This document shows, piece by piece, positions 48,201-60,063 of a stretch of DNA of 64,000 nucleotides. A program made the position numbers and the translations under genes. The first letter of the stretch is position 1; the number at the start of each line of letters is the position of its first letter. The notes under the pieces are model-generated. The model had not been told where the DNA came from, ran no database searches, and saw only the letters and a program-made list of their open reading frames with translations. The stretch spans positions 434,001 to 498,000 of the forward strand of contig NIVC01000032.1 of NCBI GenBank assembly GCA_002269645.1. Reading direction: 5' to 3'. Source of the stretch: Macrostomum lignano (lineage: Eukaryota).

Positions 48201-49492
48201 AACTGAGGATCTGGGAGGCTGGCTCAGCAACTGAGGATCTGGGAGGCTGGCCGAGCAACTGAGGATCTGGGAGGCTGGCCCAGCAACTGAGGATCTGGGA
48301 GGCTGGCTCAGCAACTGAGGATCTGGGAGGCTGGCCGAGCAACTGAGGATCTGGGAGGCTGGCCCAGCAACTGAGGATCTAAGAGGCTGGCCCAGCAACT
48401 GAGGATCTGGGAGGCTGGCCCAGCAACTGAGGATCTGGGAGGCTGGTGGCCCAGCAACTGAGGATCTGGGAGGCTGGCCCAGCAACTGAGGATCTGGGAG
48501 GCTGGCCCAGCAACTGAGGATCTGGGAGGCTGGCCCAGCAACTGAGGATCTGGGAGGCTGGCCCAGCAACTGAGGATCTGGGAGGCTGGTCCAGCAACTG
48601 AGGATCTGGGAGGCTAGCTCAGCAACTGAGGATCTGGGAGGCTGGTCCAGCAACTGAGGATCTGGGAGGCTAGCTCAGCAACTGAGGATCTGGGAGGCTG
48701 GCCCAGCAACTGAGGATCTGGGAGGCTGGCCCAGCAACTGAGGATCTGGGAGGCTGGCCCAGCAACTGAGGATCTGGGAGGCTGGTCCAGCAACTGAGGA
48801 TCTGGGAGGCTGGCCCAGCAACTGAGGATCCGGAACGTTGTCAGAACTAAGGGGCTATAATAAAAGAGCCCTAAAAGTACGAAAATGCGGTGAGCAGCTT
48901 ACTCAGCCTTCTGATTAGCATCGCCAGCCAATTTCAAAGCTTCATCTTTAGCAGCCTCTGCAGCTTTAACCTGAGCCCAATCCGAGTCAGTCTTACTCGC
49001 CATGGCCTGCTTCAACTGCTGCCCATGTTGGCGAGCTTTAGTCTCGGCTGCGATGCCCTTAGCAACAGCTTCTTCCATAGCGTCGCTAACGGATTTCTTG
49101 AGGCTGGCCAGTTTAGCCAGCTGCTCCGCATTGCTGGTCGATGACTTTTTGGCTGGCTGAGCAGCTGGAGTCTGCGGCTGCTGTTGTTGCTTCTTCTCGG
49201 CGGCGGGTTCTGAGAGTGGAGAAATAGCAAAAGAAAAATGAAATTTCTTTTTTAAACCGCTGAGATGCGTCTGACTGACTGTCGCATCACGACTTCCTGG
49301 TTTGATTGCGTGAAATTCACAGCCATGAGGGCCAACCCCACCCCCTCAGTCACAGAGTTTGCGTGCCTGACGATTAGAAAGTCAGGGCTGCAATACACCC
49401 TGTGTGAGCGTATGTAGGGGTGCTGTGCCTGCGTACAGCATTGGCGCGCTTGTGTGTGCTCAGGAGTCTGCGGAAGACGAATAGACTGACGC

Positions 49493-49533
<41 letters not shown>

Positions 49534-49707
49534 CTAAGACAGACAGACAGACAGACAGGCAGACACTAAGACAGACAGACACTAAGACAGACAGACAGAC
49601 AGACCGACAGGCAGACACTAAGACAGACAGACAGGCAGACAGACAGACAGGCAGACAGACAGACAGACAGACAGACAGGCAGGCAGACAGACAGACGACT
49701 GACAGGC

Positions 49708-49748
<41 letters not shown>

Positions 49749-49793
49749 CTAAGACAGACATGCAGACGGACAGACAGACACTAAGACAGACAG

Positions 49794-49856
<63 letters not shown>

Positions 49857-49942
49857 GGCAGACAGACAGGCAGACACTAAGACAGACAGACAGGCAGACG
49901 GACAGACAGACACTAAGACAGACAGACACTAAGACAGACAGG

Positions 49943-49975
<33 letters not shown>

Positions 49976-50007
49976 AGGCAGACAGACAGGCAGACAGGCA
50001 GACAGGC

Positions 50008-50044
<37 letters not shown>

Positions 50045-50119
50045 CTAAGACAGACAGACACTAAGACAGACAGGCAGACAGACAGACAGACTGACAGAGA
50101 GACAGACAGGCAGACACTA

Positions 50120-50180
<61 letters not shown>

Positions 50181-50194
50181 CTAAGACAGACATG

Positions 50195-50236
<42 letters not shown>

Positions 50237-50268
50237 GGCAGGCAGACAGACAGACAGACAGACAGAGT

Positions 50269-50316
<48 letters not shown>

Positions 50317-50330
50317 CTAAGACAGACATG

Positions 50331-50388
<58 letters not shown>

Positions 50389-53300
50389 GGCAGACAGACA
50401 GACAGACAGAGTGACAGACAGACAGACAGACAGACATACATGAAGACAGACGGGCAGGCAGACAGACAGACATACATGAAGACAGACGGGCAGGCAGACA
50501 GACAGATATACATGAAGACAGACAGTCAGGCAGACAGACAGATATACATGAAGACAGACGGGCAGGCAGACAGACAGACATACATGAAGACAGACGGGCA
50601 GGCAGACAGACAGACATACATGAAGACAGACAGGATGTGGGGTTGCTGAGAAACCCAATCAATTAGTCACTTTTACAAGCTCAAAACTTCGCAAGCTGGA
50701 AATTCTGCTCGGTCTGAATCGGTCACTATCGTAAGATGTCGAGAACAAAAAAATCAGAAAAAAGTCCACGAGTCATTTGCGTCCCCAGAGTCGTTTCAGT
50801 CATTTCTTAAGTTAACAGATAAAGTAGAAAAGAAGTGACTCTAGACGACTCTAAAACTACCAGATGTCATGCAGTACAAGTCGCCAAAAAGTCGTCAAAG
50901 AGACGCCTACGAGTTAATTTAGGGCGTTTTATTTTCTGAGACTCTGAGGCCGTGGAGTCTTAAGCGCATCTGATTCACTCCCTCCCCCAGTTAATCTGCT
51001 CAACCAATGAAATCAGACAGCTTAGGCTTAATCTAGATCAGCTCACTTAATCCAGGCAAACCAGCTGGTTTAGCGTCCTCCATAGCCAGAGACCCAGATG
51101 AAGATGTTGGCAGAGCTGGCGGAGCTGGACGCGATCTGAATTTTCGTGAGTTGTAAACATGCAAATTGTAACTGGCTTTGATAAATACTAACTGAATGAG
51201 TAGTAAGTAATGCCAAATTTAGAGTGCTGAATAATGTGTCTATATCTCGTTTATTATGCAATCCTCTATTCTACAATCACTCGTCTCTATTCTACCCTCT
51301 CTCTTCTCGATTCTACGCCGTCTCTCGTCTCTATTCTACCCTCTCCCCTCTATTCTACCCTCTCTCTTCTCGATTCTACCCTCTCTCTCGTCTCTATTCT
51401 ACCCTCTCTCGTCTCTATTCTACCCTCTCTCGTCTCTATTCTACCCTCTCTCTCGTCTCTATTCTACCCTCTCCCCTCTATTCTACCCTCTCTCTTCTCG
51501 ATTCTACCCTCTATCTTCTCGATTCTACCCTCTCTCTCGTCTCTATTCTACCCTCTCTCTCGTCTCTATTCTACCCTTTTTCTCTGTATTCTACCCGCTC
51601 TACTCTCTTTTCTACTCTCTCCTCTTTTCTATTCTATTCCTTCTCGCTCTCTATCCTCTATCCTTTATTAAACCTTTCTCTTCTTTATTCTAGCCTTATT
51701 ATTCTTCAATCTATCAATCTATCCTCTCCTCTCCCTTCTGATTTCCAATTGTAAAATTAACAATGAGTAACTGACACACATAATTTTACTCACAGTTGCC
51801 CCGAAGCTGCAGAGTCGCCAGCTAAAAACGGCAAATAAGCTTCGGCAGATTTCTTTCCAGCCCGTAGAAATCCCAAATTCAGACCCGTAGCAGTTTCCAA
51901 TTTGTCTAGAAATTTTTTATCATAAAACCCGTAGGCTACCGCGCCGCCAACCAATCCTGTGACGCCAACTAAAGTGACAGCGATTGCTTTGCCATAGCCA
52001 GATGACTGCCGCTTCGGCCTGCAGAGATGTTGATAATTTATTTTGATTAAATTGATTTTCCATGGTTTTTAGTTTGGCATCCTAAATTCTGCTCAATCAT
52101 ATACTACATATACTACTGCTATCATTGACTACAGAATGTCAATACACAGGCTTACATCTCAGAGGTAGAATTTCCAGAGCTTTCACTGCTGCATAGTTGG
52201 CGAGTCTGTTGAATTCTTGAAGCAGATGCAGAGCGTCTCTGTATGAAAAAGACAGGATTCTGTTGTATTTCTCATTAAAAGAAATGGCATAGGCAGAATT
52301 CAATATTAGCATTATCAAACGTGTCATCTATATACATATGCAAATGCAACTGCTGCCTTAGGCCTAGGGATTGTAGCCTAATATGGGGTTCTAGCCCTAG
52401 GGGAGGTTGGTAGGTTTGATTCTAAATCCATTAGACACTTAACTCTACATAGCTTTAGTTCACTTAGCTGTAAAATGGGTACTAGCATTAGCTGGGGTAA
52501 TTAACTAGTATGTGGCAAACCCCTAGTTCTTTGACTAAATAGCCATATAGCCTTTTGATACATTGTGCATTTACATATACATTTTTAAAGTGAATTAGGG
52601 GGGCCTATAAAACTTGTATTTTTAATAAAAAATCAAGTTAGTAATTTTAAAGGTTGCTCACAGATCATTTATGCAATAAATCTTTTAAAATTTATATTAA
52701 TTTTATTACTAAAATAAACAAAGTGATTTGTGAATAGAAAATAAAATCATTTATATAAATTTAAAAACACTAGGCTTAATAAATTTCAATTTACTGAACT
52801 GCCTATATTATAGAGTATTTTCCTATTGAGACTTCGAAGTCATATATGCCCAACACCCATCCAACCTATCTGAACCAGATAGGTGAAATGGCCACCAGCC
52901 GAGGTAAGTTGCAAAATTGAAAATGCAAAAAATGATTAAAGTTGCAATTGGGAGAAACTAGGTTGCAATCAAAAGGAACTAAGTCACAAATCTGGACAAA
53001 ACTAAGTTGCATTGAATGGGTAAAACTTTGAGGTTGGGCATATATGTTCAAGGTAAAACTTATCTACTTAGCATTTTGTACAAAAAGTAAAAAAAATGTG
53101 CATGCATGCAAAACTTCATTAAAAATTTAGGCCCTGAGCCATAGTCAGGATGATGTACATTACGCCAGAAATTTCCGGCATACAATTGAAAATTTTACTT
53201 TTTTTAGCGTACAATTGGCGTAAAAAATATGGCAAAATATATTTGGCATACTTTTTGGCGTGACGCCATGGCGTAAATATGCTAAGCAGCGTATGCAAAC

Positions 53301-54347
53301 TCTAACCTTCATGCCAAAGTTAATATTAACAATTGTTGACATAACGCTGTAACCTTAGAATCTTATTATAAAATCATAAAAACCATAAAACTCGTAAGAT
53401 GAAAGTTCATAACTATTTGTGATTTATAAAAATTTAAAATTCCACACAAACTAATCGTGTTAATTTTCTAAAAAAACTTAAACAAAAAATTGATTTTTGT
53501 TAACATTATATGTAACTGTAAGCCAATTTACTTTAAATGAAAACCACACATTTGTTAAATTTTTATTGTTAAAAAATGTGTAACATGCAAAAAAGGTCAT
53601 TTATTGTTGCAAAGCCTAGAAAACCTGGCGTAAGTTCCTAGGACCTTGGCATACATTTCAGTATGAAGTGGCATAGATTTTTTTAGGGGACTTTTTATTC
53701 CGGCGTATACCATGACATGATCCTGACTATGGGCCCTGAGGAAGCTTTAATAAATTAGGCCTAATATTTGCACTAATGTTACCATTGTTAAATTTAAAAA
53801 TTAAATCTAATAATATTATAGGCCCTACTTTTCTTTTCTGGCAAATCCATTATTCTATATGCCTTTATTGGTAATTTTTTTGTTTTGCATGCTTGATGTA
53901 TGAATATGATTGACGTACACCTTGGCTAAGATTTAGAGCCTACTTGCTAAGATTTAGGCCCTACTTGCAATGCATTTTGCCCCTAAGCTTGTGATTGAAT
54001 TGCCTACCAAGCTTTTTCACTTAGGTTTGCCTACAAGGCCGTGGCACATTTGGCCATAGATTTAGCTTACAAATATACCCCTGACCCTATATGGTCTGTA
54101 GACTTATGTATGTACCTATTATTTTATTTTTAAGAGTAAAATTTAATTTCGTTTAAAAAGTTTTCAATAAAAAAGGTATGCTTCAAAAAGAACATTGTTA
54201 AAATTTTCTTTTTTGTTTTCCCACGGAGGGATGCATTCCCCTAAAAACTTCCTTAAACTCAGTCCTTAGTGGCACTGAGTTCGAGTGACTGAGTGAGTCT
54301 AAACTTACCATCAATTGAACAGTTGACGCATTCCTTAGAATATTCAT
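42248..54347 (-). CDS. IMMT: MICOS complex subunit MIC60 (mitofilin), 11 exons: 54347-54309, 52238-52156, 52018-51794, 51135-51047, 49209-48903, 47918-47795, 47722-47599, 46635-46412, 45440-45255, 43789-43436, 42565-42248, 690 aa
   Basis: Arg/Ser-rich presequence; [23 protein letters not shown]; [14 protein letters not shown]; [12 protein letters not shown]; [11 protein letters not shown]; [21 protein letters not shown]; [33 protein letters not shown] (mitofilin domain). All 10 introns are GT-AG with consistent phases. Confidence 0.93.
42745..43392. repeat. 31-bp minisatellite (GGAGTATGGGATTTAGGATGGGGATTATCTA) in a MIC60 intron
   Basis: Read directly. Confidence 0.93.
43830..45212. repeat. 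22-bp minisatellite (TAATATGTAATCAGATTAGGTG), about 62 copies, in a MIC60 intron
   Basis: Read directly. Confidence 0.97.
45500..46370. repeat. 30-bp minisatellite (CTCAAAATCTCCCAACTGGAGGATATAAAT) in a MIC60 intron
   Basis: Read directly. Confidence 0.95.
46750..47520. repeat. 51-bp minisatellite (CCAATGGTAGCTAACCACAGAAGAATCTAAAAGTACATTAGGGGCAATATT) in a MIC60 intron
   Basis: Read directly. Confidence 0.94.
47965..48830. repeat. 28-bp minisatellite (GGCCCAGCAACTGAGGATCTGGGAGGCT) in a MIC60 intron
   Basis: Read directly. Confidence 0.96.
49255..49477 (+). mobile_element. Probable SINE copy 3, antisense within a MIC60 intron
   Basis: Shares ATGAGGGCCAACCCC, ATTAGAAAGTCAGGG and GTACAGCATTGGCGCGCTTGTGTGTGCTCAG...GGAAGAC with the other copies; followed by a CAGA array. 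Confidence 0.55.
49490..50630. repeat. (CAGA)n microsatellite with higher-order variants
   Basis: Read directly. Confidence 0.96.
51280..51600. repeat. About 21-bp CT-rich repeat (CTCTATTCTACCCTCTCTCGT)
   Basis: Read directly. Confidence 0.9.
52841..53046. mobile_element. Small MITE-like element with 14-bp perfect TIR (CATATATGCCCAAC)
   Basis: 52841-52854 is the exact reverse complement of 53033-53046; no coding capacity. Confidence 0.6.
53139..53732. mobile_element. MITE, 594 bp, TIR CCATAGTCAGGAT(G/C)ATG, 8-bp TSD GCCCTGAG
   Basis: TIRs match 16/17; GCCCTGAG at 53131-53138 and 53733-53740; subterminal TACGCC(A/G)GAA blocks are also inverted. Confidence 0.8.
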
Positions 54348-55491
54348 GGCGAAATACCAGGCTAGTGAGTCCTGTCTGAAGACTAAGAATTTTTAAGTTT
54401 AGCTATTTAGCTAAGACTATTTTTGCTATTTTAGCTAAGACTAAGAATATTATCACTAATTATTTATAAATGATGCTATAAGTATAACCCTAAACCCACG
54501 AATATTATAGAACAAGACAGTTAACTTGGAAGCAAAAGTTATATTTCCTGGAAAAAGCGGATACAAATAGGAGAATAAATGAAATAAGAAAGTTAAAAAT
54601 TATAAAAATTGTGTTAAGTACGACTATTGATTTAAATAGTAAGTTTTATATTTTATTATATAAAAAATACTTTTAAATGACTTTTTTAGTAGTCAGGGTA
54701 TTTTGTACGGTTTTTTTTTCAAAAAATGCTGAAACACCACTACTTTAATATGAAGTGAAGTGCATGCATATGCACAGTCTATGGTTGTTCTCATTGTCAC
54801 GCTGCACAACGCACGTATGGATGTCACTCGTCATTTCTTAAACTTTTAAACATTGTCAGCGTTGTCGTCATCAAGTCTAGAGTCTGGAAAAACAGAAACA
54901 CCTAGCTTTATGTTCGATTTTTAGTGCATAGGCCTATGCTATGCATTGCCATTATACACAAGCATAATGTACGTGTACAGTCAAACAGACGCAAAGCGGC
55001 AAAATGCGTTATTATTCTATCTATTCTTGTTGAACCACAGATACTATAGCCCCCCCCCCCCCTACTAGAATAACTAATTGGACCCCCAGGCCACTCAGGC
55101 ATATATACTAAGCAAAACAGCTTCCTACTTTCAGTTCAGTAGGCCCTAGCAATGAAGACTGAAGATTATCATATGGTATTAGGCCTATTTAAGAATAAAG
55201 TAGGCCCTAATAACATTAGGGGCCTATGTTATGATAGTTATAAGTCATGACTATTTTATGAATGGCATCTATCTAATCAAATCAAGTTTAAACTATAGAT
55301 TGACCTAATGACCTGGCCTGGCTATAGCATAGATAGATAGGGATTGTCTTATCGGCAACCAATCAAAATTAATTACCACATTAATGTACGTGGAACTCGT
55401 ATTTTCAATATAAATACACTGTAACTGTCGCCCTTTTGACTGTTGCCCTTTTGACTGTCGCCCTTTTAACTGTCACCCTTTTGACCTGTAG

Positions 55492-57627
55492 CAGGGAATC
55501 CTATTTGTTTCACCAGGAACTGACACTGGTCCCGCACCACCCCACCTCCCCTACAAGTTGAGGCCCAAGCCTTCGAGCCTTCGAGACTCGGGAGTTTTTG
55601 TGAGTAAACCCTTCCTTGTAGGGAGGGTTCCCACAAATGGGGACAAAAAATAACAGAAGAGTAATTTTTAGTTGAGAGTTGGGGAGAATAAATAACAGAA
55701 TGGGCAGGAGATCCTCGCTGCGCTGCTGTGTATGTACAAGTTCGTGGAACAAAGAGCCTTTCCTGGGGGATGGAAGTGCATAGGAAAATTAATGTGCGTT
55801 CTTCCCTCACACTGTACTCTACTGCACATTCACTGTTCTTTGCCCCTATATACATTGCAAGTTTGTCTCGAAGAGCACTGACTCGCAATCTTCTCAATTC
55901 CACTCTATCGCATTTTGAAACTACCTGATCGTTCCCACTATGGGCTACAAGTGCTGCGTTCCTCTGTGCGTCACCAACTATGCTCGCTATCAGAAAAATC
56001 CAACCGTGACTATCCACAAGTTTCCATCATCTACGCAATTGGAGCTCCTGAATAAGTGGATCACGGCCATTCCACGCGTGTGGACCAATTCCGAGTTGGA
56101 GCAGCTGAGAACAAACCACAAACCACATTGCTCACAAGCTGAACAGGAGGTCCTTGAATCCAACAAACCTGGAGAAGACAAACGTCCAGCACGCTGCCAA
56201 TGTTTTCAGCGAGTCCACAGTGGATTCTGCCAAGTTCCACAGGTTTCCCATCGGTCTGATCACCTTCTTACAGCTCATTCTGAGTCTATGGACGATGTGG
56301 AATTTTAGGACCACGAAGAAGGCAAAGGAGAAGCGGCTTCCGGACGCTGCTCTGTTGGTTCCGAATGATCCAAGGCTCTCAAAGCTGCGCCAGTTTGCCA
56401 CTTTTTTCATCGATGGGAGGAGTCAAAACTGCCTGGCTTGACTGCTCCTACATTCTTAGCCGTGAGATCCTGCTGCCTCACTCTTGCTGACCTCACAGAG
56501 CACCTGTTGGCCGAGCATTCGTTTCCTTCCGTTTTGACAGGCTGCATTGTCAGCGATTGGATTGAGCGCCGCTTCGGTCGCTACCGCCAATTTCACGGTG
56601 GCAACTTCTTCATTTCTGTGCGTCAGATCTTTCAGGCGGAGAAGAAGATCCACGTCTCGAGCTTGCTCAAGTTTCATGGACTTAAGCTGAGGGACTTGAG
56701 GGACAACTGTTGTCTTTGTCGCTGCCTGGCCTGGAGCATCTGAGTGCTGCTCTTTCATCAACTGATCTGAACCTGTGCTCCTATCTTGGTGGGTATGTTG
56801 CAAAGTCTCTGTGTGGTCAGCTGAAGTGCCAGGATTGCAGGAACTTCCTGGTCACTGCCGACTATTTGGAGTTCCTATCCGATGATGAGGCCCGCGCTGA
56901 GGATTTTGCCTTGATCCAGATGCGTGATTGTGGTGGTCTGAAGTGCCCCAGTGACTTCGTGTTTCTTCTAATGAAGGTATCCTACTTCGTGTTCGGCCAC
57001 CTGAAGGATAAGAGTTTGCTGACTGCTGATCTGCTGTACTCAAGAGGAGCTGTTCAGAGTATCGTAGAGCTCTGCCAGGATTGCATCAGCAGATCCAGTG
57101 AGTTCCGCGACATGCTGAAACAGAAGTGTCCTTGCGGAAGACCTGGGGTTATTTTCTCCTCCAGGATCCTCACCCCAGCAGTCAGAATCTTTTTGAAGAA
57201 TCTTGTGAATGAGACCAACGACAACTTGAAGAACGAGAAAGCTTTAAAGAGAAAGAAGGTAATGTTATTGGGTGAGTGAGTCTGTCTGTAGTTCTACTGG
57301 AGTCATAATGAGTCTTCAAGAATTGCTTTTCAGTGGGAGTTCTTGCCTGCCATTTGCCAGTGCAATGGAGGATTTTTATATTGATTTATTCTCCAAAACT
57401 GAGCAATATAGAAAAAATATATTAAATTAAAAAGCAATGCAGGAAATATTTTTTTTCTACACTGTCTTAATTATTTTTTTTACTTCTTTTCGATGATTCC
57501 TTATGCGAAAGGCATGCTAACCAGGCAAGAAATTGGGGGAATGGGGAGGGGACTTGGGCCTCAACTTGTAGGCCCCATTTTTCAGTGTCGCTTCCTGGGG
57601 AGTGCAGCAAGCCAATAGGATTCCCTG
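55492..57627 (+). mobile_element. Non-autonomous P-superfamily (THAP9/Galileo-like) DNA transposon, 2136 bp
   Basis: Perfect 14-bp TIR CAGGGAATCCTATT; subterminal inverted blocks at 55514-55528/57583-57597 (13/15) and 55550-55569/57553-57572 (20/20); 7-bp TSD CCTGTAG at 55485-55491 and 57628-57634. Confidence 0.92.
55940..57279 (+). pseudogene. Internally deleted, frameshifted P-element/THAP9-like transposase
   Basis: N-terminal half of a THAP domain (MGYKCCVPLC...HKFP...KWITAIPR) is fused to IAHKLNRRSLNPTNLEKTNVQHAANVFSES, then SDWIERRFGRYRQFHGGN (catalytic Glu motif) and the C-terminal YLGGYVAK..CxxC..RDCGGLKCPS. Four reading frames. Confidence 0.85.
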
Positions 57628-58269
57628 CCTGTAGCCGTCTTATCTAGTGCAATTTTAGACCTTGGGTATAAATGTCGATAGTGTCTTTTGTGTAGACCTA
57701 TTTATAATATTGTAATACTAGGCCTAATAAAAGTGTTAGACAGGCACCAGCCTATTAAAAAGCATTAATAAGCATTAAAGATCTTTCATTAACACTAATA
57801 GATTGAAGACTGCCATTAAGATTTTACATTAATTTGCATTAGACCCTAAATTTTGTGAGTTAATGACAAATTTATTATTGACATTAATGGCAATGTCAAT
57901 GACAAAGATGCAAAGAAAGAACAAAAATCTAAGTGATAATAAGTCACAACATTAAAGATAGGCCTATATTTGAGTTTACCTAAATGCCCAATTAATCTTT
58001 GTTTATGACAATATAATAAGTTTTAGATAAAAAAGTTATTTCCCTATTAGAAAAAGTATAGAAAAATTGAGGATGCGCAATGGGGTCTAAAATTGTAGTT
58101 CAAAAATTTGGACTAACATAGAATATATTAACTTTTTTACCAAATACAGGTGTAGTACTAATTAGATAATGAGGCATTTAGCCTTAATAAGATAGATGTA
58201 GTTACTTTTATCATTTAGCCAAAATGGCACTATACTGCAATACAATCTACCATGACTCTAGTCTAGTCC

Positions 58270-58720
58270 TTCTAGAAAGTGTGAAGAGTGAAGAGAGAGG
58301 AAAGAAGGATAAAAGAAGTGAGAGAAGAAGGGGAGGAGAGGAAAGAGGAGAGAGGAAGGGAAAGGAAAAATATGGGAGAGAAGAGTTGGAAGAAAAGGGG
58401 AGAGATAAGATGAGAGAGAAAAGAAAGTAGATAAGAGAGAAAGGAGAGAAGAGGAAAAGAAAAGGGGAGAAAGAGGAGAGTAAAGTTTTGATGAAAAAGT
58501 AGAGAGAAGAATGGAAAGAAACAAGGAAAGATGAAAAAGCAGAGACAAGAAAGAAGAGATAAGGGAATAGAGAGAGAAAAAATAGGAGAAAGGAGATATA
58601 AGAGATTATAAAAAAGAAATCAAAGCTGAGATGATTGAGAGAAAAGAAGATAGAAAATAGAGGACAATTAGAAAAGAGAGGAGAGAGAAATGAGAAAAGA
58701 TGGGATAGTAGATGAGTCAA
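58270..58720. repeat. Purine-rich low-complexity tract
   Basis: Read directly. Confidence 0.8.
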
Positions 58721-59393
58721 GGTAAGGTACATCATTTGAGGAAAGCCAGGAAAACAAAAGCAAAAATGCAAACATTTGCCTTTTTTCTTTAATAATTTAT
58801 ATATTAATTATAAATTACAATTTATATACAAAACATGTTTGGCAAAACATGTTGCACAAATATTAATAAATTGTAATTTTATATTATTAAAAAAATGCAA
58901 ATAGTAAATGAGATGAGAAAATAAAGCAGAGAAAAGAAAAGAGAGTAAAGAAGAGACAGAAGAGAAAGGAGAATAGCTGGGATAAGTTTCAATAACCTCA
59001 AATCCTAATTTGACACAATTTTACTCTATTTTTTGCTTACCTAAAGTATTATACCTCCAGTATTCCTAAGTATTAACAATTTCTTTTTGAGTATGATTTT
59101 AGATTTAAGAATGCATGTAAAATAGTTCCCAGGATTAGAATTTGATGGGTTCAAAATCTGCAGTTAAGAGTCAAAGATCCTTGAGTTGAAATTATTGATA
59201 ATCTGATGCAATAGAAGTGAAAACTTCCATGTTTCTTATTATAGTAAAGGTTTAATAGAATCTATTTTTCCAGATAAAGTGTGATTTTGATTCTAATTTT
59301 TGCTAGCATCCTAGAATTTTAAGATTATGGAATATATATAAGTTAAATGGGATCATTTTTTTGGGGATTCTTTCCTACCCTTAGCCAATCAGT

Positions 59394-59600
59394 GGAGTAG
59401 TTCAATTGTAAATGCATTTGACTTTCACCACAACCCCAGGTTCAATTCTTTTTGAGACCACATTTATTTGGGGCTTGTGCATGAAAATTGACTGGATGGT
59501 ATTGTGTGATTCACATACATGTGGGGGGGGGCAATTCCTTCAGACACAAAAGGTGTACTTGCCTGTTTATTAGAAAGTCAGGGCCGACAGCATTATGTAG
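59394..59600 (+). mobile_element. Probable SINE copy 4 (degenerate tRNA-like head plus body)
   Basis: GTAAATGCATTTGAC...GGTTCAATTC resembles the head of copy 1 (GTAAATACATTTAC...GGTTCGAGTCC). GGTGTACTTGCCT and ATTAGAAAGTCAGGG (59569) are shared with other copies. Confidence 0.4.
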
Positions 59601-59727
59601 GGTGTTTACAGCTCCCTACATAACTTGCTAAGTGTACTTTTGTTTATTGTTATTACTGTAGCATTTCATTTTTGCAGTCATAATATCAACTTTCAGAAAT
59701 TTTAAATAATCAACAAAACGGCGCACA

Positions 59728-60063
59728 ATGTCTTCTGGTACAAGCAAACCTGATCAGCAGAAGAAAGACGATAAAAGCAACAACAAAGACAAGGACAAAG
59801 AGTCATCATCCGCTGGAGCCAATGCCAGCCCAAAGAAAGACGTTGGCATGCTTGAGGACGATGACGAGTTTGAAGAATTCCCAACTGAAGACTGGGGCCC
59901 AGCCGACGAGGAAGGATCCGACGATCCTGACGCGGTGAACGTCTGGGAGGACAACTGGGACGATGATGATGTTGAGGATGATTTTAGTAAGCAGCTTCGC
60001 GCGGAACTGGCTAAACAGGGCTTCACGGCTGCTCAAGTGCCTGTTATCAAACAGGATAATTAG
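59728..60063 (+). CDS. SEM1: 26S proteasome complex subunit SEM1/DSS1, single exon, 111 aa
   Basis: [16 protein letters not shown]...[25 protein letters not shown] is the DSS1 signature. Confidence 0.95.
   Translation: MSSGTSKPDQQKKDDKSNNKDKDKESSSAGANASPKKDVGMLEDDDEFEEFPTEDWGPADEEGSDDPDAVNVWEDNWDDDDVEDDFSKQLRAELAKQGFTAAQVPVIKQDN

Noticed and set aside
52139-52327. 62-aa ORF as a separate gene
   Set aside because: The region is MIC60 exon 2, which is coding in a different frame
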